A DNA stretch of 29,767 nucleotides from the IMG/VR virus record IMGVR_UViG_3300044615_000893; one strand, given 5' to 3'. A program made the translations under genes and the position numbers. The notes under the pieces were generated by a model. The model was given only the letters and a program-made list of their open reading frames with translations, was not told the DNA's origin and made no database searches. This document shows positions 24,645 to 29,767 of this stretch, one piece after another. Position 1 is the stretch's first letter, and every line of letters starts with the position of its first letter. Source of the stretch: a virus.

Positions 24645-24946
24645 ACACCGACACGCTGCGCTGGGCGAACAAGGTCGGCCTGTCCCCCGACCGCGTGGCC
24701 TTCCTGCTGGCTTGCCCGAAGTATACCCGCACCGGGCGAAACGACAAGCCCGCCTACATCAAGGCCGAGAACCCTAACCACCACCTCCAGAAACTCGGCG
24801 ACTGCTATTGGTTCCGCCTCCGTCGACGCGGCAAGGACATCGTGGAGAACATCGCCAGCGACCTCGAGACCGCCCGCAAGCGCCGTGACGAGATGCTCGC
24901 GGCCTTCGACGCCGGCAAGCCCATCCCTTACATCAACGTCCGCTAA
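24632..24946 (+). CDS. Hypothetical protein; the C-terminal half resembles an integrase arm-type DNA-binding domain
   Basis: CYWFRLRRRGKDIVENIASDLETARKRRDEMLAAFDAGKPI is similar in pattern to the N-terminal arm-binding domains of P4-type integrases. No catalytic domain is present. Confidence 0.3.
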   Translation: METLNTDTLRWANKVGLSPDRVAFLLACPKYTRTGRNDKPAYIKAENPNHHLQKLGDCYWFRLRRRGKDIVENIASDLETARKRRDEMLAAFDAGKPIPYINVR

Positions 24947-25710
24947 TGAGCACCCCTACCCGCTTCGTCGCCTTCGGTGACAACCACGGCGACATGGCTG
25001 ACGAGAACGCCGTCGAGGCCCTCGTCGAGTTCATCAAGGACTACAAGCCGACCGTGCGCGTCCACCTCGGAGACTGCTTCGACTTCCGATCCCTGCGCCG
25101 TGGGGCTGGACAGGATGCCGAAGGCGCCGAGTCCCTCATCTCCGACATCGAGGCCGGTGAAGCCTTCCTCGAACGCACTAAGCCCACCGTCTACCTGATG
25201 GGCAATCACGAGCACCGCGCCCAAGCCCTCCAGCATACCTCCGGCTCCGCCCTGGTCCGTGACTACTGCGCCGACCTAGAGGCCCGCATCAAGACCGCCG
25301 CGAAGAGCTGCGGAGCCAAGACCATCCTGCCTTACCATGCCGAGAAGGGCGTATACCGATTAGGTCAGGTCGCCTTTATCCACGGCTACGCCCACGGCCT
25401 GAACGCCACCGCCGAGCAGGGCAAGCACTACGCCGACCGCGGAGGCGCTCTGATCCACGGCCACACCCACACGCTCGCCCAGGTCAACCTCACCAAGGCC
25501 GAGGGAGGCGCCGCTTTCTCCGCTGGCTGTCTCTGCCAGAAGGACGCCATGGCCTACGCGTCGCACCGCCTAGCGACCTCCCGCTGGGGCTCAGGCTTCG
25601 CCGCCGGCTGGGTCGACGGCAAGGACTGGAAGGTCTGGCTCGTCCACCGCGTCGGCTCCCGCTGGGTCTGGACAACCGACCTCAAGGTCTTCACCCCGAA
25701 GGCCCGATGA
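24946..25710 (+). CDS. Calcineurin-like metallophosphoesterase
   Basis: Motifs FGDNHGD, HLGDCFD, GNHEHR, IHGYAHG and IHGHTHT are present in canonical order. Confidence 0.8.
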   Translation: MSTPTRFVAFGDNHGDMADENAVEALVEFIKDYKPTVRVHLGDCFDFRSLRRGAGQDAEGAESLISDIEAGEAFLERTKPTVYLMGNHEHRAQALQHTSGSALVRDYCADLEARIKTAAKSCGAKTILPYHAEKGVYRLGQVAFIHGYAHGLNATAEQGKHYADRGGALIHGHTHTLAQVNLTKAEGGAAFSAGCLCQKDAMAYASHRLATSRWGSGFAAGWVDGKDWKVWLVHRVGSRWVWTTDLKVFTPKAR

Positions 25711-26147
25711 AGCGCTTCGATGCCCACGCCCTCGTCGCCGCGATCAACGCCGACGACACACCCGAAGGCTGGCTTAAGACTACGGAGGTCGTCCGCCTCC
25801 TGGGATACAAGACCCGAGCCGGTGTCTCTCTGCCGCTCGCCCGCATCGTCAAGGCTGGCTTCGCTGAACAGAAGACCATCCGCCGAGGCCGCTTCATCTA
25901 TCGCCTGTCGCCCAGGTTCAAGTCTTGGGCCGCCGCCAAGGACGCAGCTGAAGCCCTCGAGAAGTTCAAGGCCCCCAAGGGATGGGTCACGCTCTCCGAG
26001 TATGCCCACAAGCACCGGCGCACCGTCCGCGGCGTGCAATACCGCATCGACGGCATGGCCCTCCCTGTCCGCATCCTCCGCAACCCGCGGAGCGTCCCCT
26101 ACTACCGCAAGGCCGACCTAGACCGCATCCTACGCAAAGCATCTTGA
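25707..26147 (+). CDS. Winged-helix DNA-binding protein (two GW..T.E repeats); possible origin-binding/replication organiser
   Basis: Two similar segments: EGWLKTTEVVRLLGYKTRAGV and KGWVTLSEYAHKHRRTVRGVQYRI. It lies immediately upstream of the helicase. Confidence 0.35.
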   Translation: MKRFDAHALVAAINADDTPEGWLKTTEVVRLLGYKTRAGVSLPLARIVKAGFAEQKTIRRGRFIYRLSPRFKSWAAAKDAAEALEKFKAPKGWVTLSEYAHKHRRTVRGVQYRIDGMALPVRILRNPRSVPYYRKADLDRILRKAS

Positions 26148-26187
26148 CCACGGGCACCCACGCCCACAAACCCCAACCCTCTCTTCC

Positions 26188-27498
26188 ATGATCCCGCCGA
26201 ATAACGTCGCCGCGGAACGCCACCTCCTCGGCGTCCTCCTACGCGAAGCCGCCCACCTACCGGGCGACCTTCAGCCTTCCGACTTCTTTGAGCCAGCCCA
26301 TCAAGACATCGCCGCCGCCATGCTTTCGCTGGCAGTCGACGGAATCGCCCCTGATGAGCTGACGGTCAGCCAGCGCCTACGCCAGGTCAACAGCCCGGTG
26401 ACCGAGGCCACTGTCTCGCTCCTGGTAAGTGACGCAGGCCAAGCGTCCTTCCGCCTTGAGCACGCCGACATGATCGCGGACGCGGCCATCCTCCGCCGTG
26501 CCCTCGTCGCCGCCGAACAGGCCACCGACCCCGACACCCTGCTCGACCATTATGCCACCATTGCCGAGACGCGCAAGGGGCGGAAAGCCAAGCACGGCCC
26601 GCAGCGGATGGACTTCGACGCGCTTATCTCGGCTGACCGCAAGAACGACCCCAACTGCATCCTCGGCAATCACCGCTGGCTCTGCAAGGGCGGCTCACTC
26701 CTGATCGTCGGACAGTCCGGCACGGGCAAGTCGTCCCTGATGATGCAGGCCGCCGTCCATTGGTGCATCGGCAAGGACTTCTTCGGCATCAAGCCTGTCC
26801 GCCCACTGAGGGCCATCGTGCTTCAGGCTGAGAACGATTTTTTGGACGTCGGAGAAGCCCTCCAGGACGTCATCGCCGGGGCATACCTCGACACTGACGA
26901 ACGCTCTCAGCTGCGCGAACACCTCGCCATCTTCCGCGATACCGTCAGCACCGGCACGACCTTTACCTCGGCCCTGCGTGACCTCATCATCGAGCACAAG
27001 GCCGACATCGTCTTCGTCGACCCTCTGCTGTCCTTCGCGGGCATAGACGTCTCCGATCAGGAGCAGGCGTCCAAGTTCCTGCGCCATGACCTCGCCCCCA
27101 TCCTCCTCGAGACAGGCGCCGTCCTCGTGGCCATGCACCACACCGGGAAGCCCAAGGCCGCCTCCGACAAGGAAGGCCACACCGTCGCCGACCTAGCCTA
27201 CGCGGGCCTCGGTTCCTCGGAGTTCACCAACTGGTTCCGCGAGGTCGCCGTCCTCTTCCGATGCCAGGGCGAGGAGCCGATCTACAAGTTCGGCCTGACC
27301 AAGCGCCGTGGCCGTGCCGGTCTCAAGGACCACGCGAACCAGTTCAAGGGCGAGATTTACATCCGCCACGCCGCCGAGAAGGGGGTCATCCGCTGGGAAT
27401 ACAGCCAGCCCCCCTCCGAAAGCCTACCCGACAACGCCCCAAGACATAGCGATTCCAGCCCCGCTAAGGGGTCGCCAAGGCGTTTTAAGGTCAACTGA
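26188..27498 (+). CDS. Replicative helicase-like protein: DnaB N-terminal-like domain plus RecA/RepA-type (AAA_25-like) ATPase
   Basis: The N-terminus NVAAERHLLGVLL....LQPSDFFEPAHQDIAAAMLSL is DnaB-N-like. Walker A is LIVGQSGTGKSS and Walker B is ADIVFVDPL. Confidence 0.75.
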   Translation: MIPPNNVAAERHLLGVLLREAAHLPGDLQPSDFFEPAHQDIAAAMLSLAVDGIAPDELTVSQRLRQVNSPVTEATVSLLVSDAGQASFRLEHADMIADAAILRRALVAAEQATDPDTLLDHYATIAETRKGRKAKHGPQRMDFDALISADRKNDPNCILGNHRWLCKGGSLLIVGQSGTGKSSLMMQAAVHWCIGKDFFGIKPVRPLRAIVLQAENDFLDVGEALQDVIAGAYLDTDERSQLREHLAIFRDTVSTGTTFTSALRDLIIEHKADIVFVDPLLSFAGIDVSDQEQASKFLRHDLAPILLETGAVLVAMHHTGKPKAASDKEGHTVADLAYAGLGSSEFTNWFREVAVLFRCQGEEPIYKFGLTKRRGRAGLKDHANQFKGEIYIRHAAEKGVIRWEYSQPPSESLPDNAPRHSDSSPAKGSPRRFKVN

Positions 27499-27634
27499 GG
27501 GTCAACACCCTGACCCCCACCTTTAGCCAATGCTAAATCCCTTCTCAACTTCCAACTCAACTTCCGTCCCTGTACTACGTACAAGGGTGACTCTAGTCTC
27601 ACCCCTTGTCGCTGACGCTCGGGGTTCGACCGAG
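27499..27634. promoter_or_regulatory. Dyad- and repeat-rich intergenic region (candidate operator/origin/promoter hub)
   Basis: Elements in order: GGGTCA-N6-TGACCC (27499-516); TTTAGC-caat-GCTAAA (27522-537); CTCAACTTCC x2 (27544-553, 27556-565); CCCTGTAC..GTACAAGGG (27568-587); GGGTGA-N8-TCACCC (27585-604); CTCGG-N7-CCGAG (27618-634). Confidence 0.4.
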
Positions 27635-27662
27635 TCTCTGGCGAGGCCGCAAGTCTAACGCG

Positions 27663-28025
27663 ATGACCAAACCTAACCGTACCACCGCGCGGAGAGGATG
27701 GGTCCTCCGTAAACTCGCCCTGACCCGGCTACGGCAGAAGTCCTGGAGGGAAGAGCCTGAGAGGATGGAGCATATCCGGCAGCAGGCCACCGAGGCAGCC
27801 AAGGCAGTCAAGGAAAGGAAAGACATGGAGCTGAGGGAAGTGATCAGCACATGGCCGGCAAAGATGACGTCAGCGGAACTCAAGGACATCGTCGAGCAGA
27901 CCCTGGACTACTCGGGCAAGTATTCATCCCTGACCTATCGCTTCACCCGTAAGGCCATGCTCAGGTTCGACATGGACGGATACTGGCACAACCTTTGCCA
28001 CTTGCCCCGCCGTCAAGATAGTTGA
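27663..28025 (+). CDS. Hypothetical basic protein (atypical codon usage)
   Basis: Track ORF 27606..28025 (TTG) trimmed to the ATG at 27663. 6 of 16 Arg codons are AGG/AGA, which are rare elsewhere in the window. Confidence 0.45.
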   Translation: MTKPNRTTARRGWVLRKLALTRLRQKSWREEPERMEHIRQQATEAAKAVKERKDMELREVISTWPAKMTSAELKDIVEQTLDYSGKYSSLTYRFTRKAMLRFDMDGYWHNLCHLPRRQDS

Positions 28026-28036
28026 CGCTGTGACGC

Positions 28037-28570
28037 GTGACACGCGCTAGGCTCAACGACCTGACGGCTCCGGCTAAGGAGGCCAAGTCGTTCGACGCTT
28101 GGTTCTTTGCGCAGCCGAAGAAGGTCCAGGAGAAGATGCGAGAGAACGGCGTGCTGCCTTACGCTGAGATGGCGCAACCTAGGCACGTCTTCAACATCGA
28201 CGCCAATCATCCAGACTGGGCGTTCAACCCGACTGACATCGGCAGACGCGAGGAGGTCGACGCGTTCATCTCTCGCGATCATGTCGGCGTGATGCTCAAG
28301 GGCTTCATGGATGCGCTGGCCTGCACCGACAACTTCGCCTTCCGTCGACACGTCGAGCTCATCCGCTGGGCGCTGAGTCTGCCCGGCTGTCTGTCGTCTC
28401 GCCTCATCGGCAAGATGTACGGACGCTCTCACTTCTGGATGCGTGCCAGGGCGAAGGAGATTCAACGCACCGTGAACTCAGACGCGTGCGGTCTGTTTCC
28501 TCACGTGAATGCCAGACGCGGCAAGAATAAGGTGCCAAGCCCCCTGCCCCCTGCCACGCCCAAGCGATGA
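28037..28570 (+). CDS. Hypothetical protein with a C-terminal HTH resembling sigma-70 region 4/LuxR type (possible late-gene regulator)
   Basis: 177 aa from the GTG at 28037; the start is uncertain and an ATG at 28136 is an alternative. LIRWALSLPGCLSSRLIGKMYGRSHFWMRARAKEIQRTV looks HTH-like. Position is just upstream of terS. Confidence 0.35.
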   Translation: MTRARLNDLTAPAKEAKSFDAWFFAQPKKVQEKMRENGVLPYAEMAQPRHVFNIDANHPDWAFNPTDIGRREEVDAFISRDHVGVMLKGFMDALACTDNFAFRRHVELIRWALSLPGCLSSRLIGKMYGRSHFWMRARAKEIQRTVNSDACGLFPHVNARRGKNKVPSPLPPATPKR

Positions 28571-28593
28571 AAACGGCCAATATACCCCCTCTA

Positions 28594-28655
28594 AGGAGTC
28601 TCCTAGACCCCCCCCTACGTCACGCGTGGCCCGACACCACGAAGGTTTTTCGTGG
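28594..28655. promoter_or_regulatory. Palindromes upstream of terS (candidate packaging/regulatory sites)
   Basis: AGGAG-t-CTCCT (28594-604), CACGCGTG (28621-628), and CCACGAA-ggttt-TTCGTGG (28637-655). Confidence 0.3.
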
Positions 28656-28689
28656 GGTCGAACAGAGGAAACAAGCAGTTTAGCAAACT

Positions 28690-29244
28690 ATGGCCTTAAC
28701 CAACTCAGAACTGGGTTTGGCGCTCGGCGTCACCGCGCAACGCATCAGCGTCTTGCGCCGCGAAGGTATGCCGACCGACAGCATCGACGCGGCTCGGGCG
28801 TGGCGGGAAGCCCGGGCGAACGTGCAGCGGGCCGCGGCACCGAAGGCCGCACCGGCGCAGCTCGACGACGGCTCCCTGGCTGACACGATCAGCGAACATC
28901 GGACCTTGGTCAGTCGGGCGCGTGGCGTCTGGCAGGCGGCGATGGAAGGGGGCGACCCTAACCAGGGGAAGTACCAGTCGAGTTATAACGCCTCGCTCAA
29001 GACCCTCGTGGCCCTTGAGGAAGAGCAGGAACGTCGGCTTATCCTGACGAAGGATTACATCTCTGCGAAGGAAGCCACCGAGGCCATGCGCGACATGACC
29101 GCCGGCATCGTCAACCGACTCGATAAACTCGCCCTCGATGTGGCAGAAGGATGTAACCCCGAGAACCCAGCGAAGGCCGTGAAGGTGCTAGAGGCTTGGG
29201 TGCGCCGCGTGAAGGCCGACCTTTCGACTCATGACGAAGCGTAA
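28690..29244 (+). CDS. terS: Terminase small subunit, Nu1-like
   Basis: The N-terminal winged HTH LTNSELGLALGVTAQRISVLRREGMP resembles lambda Nu1 (..KKQLADIFGASIRTIQNWQEQGMP). It lies immediately upstream of terL. Confidence 0.65.
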   Translation: MALTNSELGLALGVTAQRISVLRREGMPTDSIDAARAWREARANVQRAAAPKAAPAQLDDGSLADTISEHRTLVSRARGVWQAAMEGGDPNQGKYQSSYNASLKTLVALEEEQERRLILTKDYISAKEATEAMRDMTAGIVNRLDKLALDVAEGCNPENPAKAVKVLEAWVRRVKADLSTHDEA

Positions 29245-29368
29245 GCCCAAGCCCAGGCGCAAGCCGATGCCGAAGCCGTCGCGTCCGTTCAAGCGCAAGC
29301 CGAGGAAATGGTCGGAGTTGTCCGACGAGCTGTATCGTCTCCTGAAGGAGGCAGGGCTTTATGAATAA
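29231..29368 (+). CDS. Small, very basic ORF (45 aa) bridging terS and terL
   Basis: Not in the track (under 60 aa). ATG at 29231, TAA at 29366-68. Translation: MTKRKPKPRRKPMPKPSRPFKRKPRKWSELSDELYRLLKEAGLYE. Mostly G/C-ending codons. It overlaps the terS end by 14 nt and the terL start by 8 nt. Confidence 0.4.
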   Translation: MTKRKPKPRRKPMPKPSRPFKRKPRKWSELSDELYRLLKEAGLYE

Positions 29369-29767
29369 GTCCGACCTCCTCCGCATCGGTCGGGACGTCC
29401 TGCGTCCGTCAGACTCGGGTGACGTGGTGGAGTGGCTCGAGTCCAACGTCCACGCCATCCCCGACTCACCGATGCCCGGGCCGTTCCGCTCTGAGCGCAC
29501 GCCTTGGGTCGCCGAAGCCCTACGCATCGCCGCCGATCCCGAGACGAAACTCCTCACCGTCTTGGCCAGCATCCAATCGGGCAAGTCCCTCTTTGCCCGC
29601 CTGCTCACCTGTCACATCATCGCCAACGCACCCGGGCCGACGATGGTGCTTCAGGCCACCGACCCCGAGGCCAAGGACTTCGCCCTGCGTTACCTCCGCC
29701 CGGTCTGGAACAACTGCCCGCCGGTGAAGGCGCGTCTTTCGGGCGACGACCTCGACCGCTCGACCAC
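29361..29767 (+). CDS. terL: Terminase large subunit, N-terminal part (continues at nt 128 of the circle / 3..1508)
   Basis: ATG at 29361 with gaaggagg 10 nt upstream. Translation: MNKSDLLRIGRDVLRP...LASIQSGKSLFARLL (Walker A-like)...PTMVLQATDPEAK. It runs off the end with no stop and is in frame with 3..1508. Confidence 0.85.
   Translation, partial: MNKSDLLRIGRDVLRPSDSGDVVEWLESNVHAIPDSPMPGPFRSERTPWVAEALRIAADPETKLLTVLASIQSGKSLFARLLTCHIIANAPGPTMVLQATDPEAKDFALRYLRPVWNNCPPVKARLSGDDLDRST
29641..29767. repeat. Terminal overlap, copy 2 (identical to 1..127)
   Basis: Direct comparison of the two ends. Confidence 0.95.

Noticed and set aside
27618-27634. tRNA-like T-arm (CTCGG-GGTTCGA-CCGAG) in the intergenic region after the helicase.
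   Set aside because: The loop is offset from the canonical TTCRANY. No complementary acceptor strand (ccagaga) is found at the required distance upstream, and no D/anticodon arms could be folded. It is probably just one of several dyads in this region.

Overview
This window is a complete, circularly closed genome of about 29.64 kb from a GC-rich tailed dsDNA phage. Nt 1-127 are repeated exactly at 29641-29767, and the large-terminase gene reads through that junction. All roughly 50 credible genes are on the + strand and tightly packed, with many ATGA/TAATG/GTGA stop-start overlaps. The long minus-strand ORFs in the track look like GC-rich shadow frames. Gene order, packaging and head: Nu1-like terS, a tiny basic ORF, GpA-like terL, gpW-like protein, lambda-type portal, S49 prohead protease, scaffold, major capsid, then an intrinsic terminator. 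Tail: neck genes, a small tail-tube candidate, a chaperone-like protein, a short tape-measure candidate, tail-tip proteins, a low-GC CBM-like receptor-binding candidate and a 904-aa modular tail fibre. Membrane/lysis cluster: a 43-aa TM protein, a lipoprotein-coiled-coil-TMD spanin-like protein, an HExxH mini-protein, a 3-TMD holin-like protein and a 2-TMD protein. A regulatory gap follows, then an HTH protein plus an orphan C5 cytosine methyltransferase, a family of small coiled-coil proteins and a secreted SLT endolysin. Recombination and replication: RuvC-like resolvase, Erf-like annealase, Xis/MerR-like HTH, small unknowns, YkgJ-like Cys-rich protein, RecE-type PD-(D/E)XK exonuclease, SSB candidate, dNMP-kinase-like protein, metallophosphoesterase, winged-HTH protein and a DnaB-N/RecA-type helicase. 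A dyad-rich gap and a two-gene cassette with atypical codon usage lie between the helicase and terS. I found no integrase, CI-type repressor, tRNA, CRISPR array or reverse transcriptase. The lipobox protein and the spanin-like topology imply a diderm host. Most genes lack a Shine-Dalgarno sequence and start in a C/A-rich ...CC-ATG context. Items most worth a second look: (1) a 175-codon +1-frame ORF embedded in the methyltransferase catalytic core; (2) the fused lipoprotein/coiled-coil/TMD spanin-like protein, with the holin and endolysin split apart; (3) the atypical two-gene cassette between helicase and terS, flanked by dyad-rich gaps; (4) low-GC receptor-binding modules. All family assignments come from motif recognition by eye. 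No database search was run.
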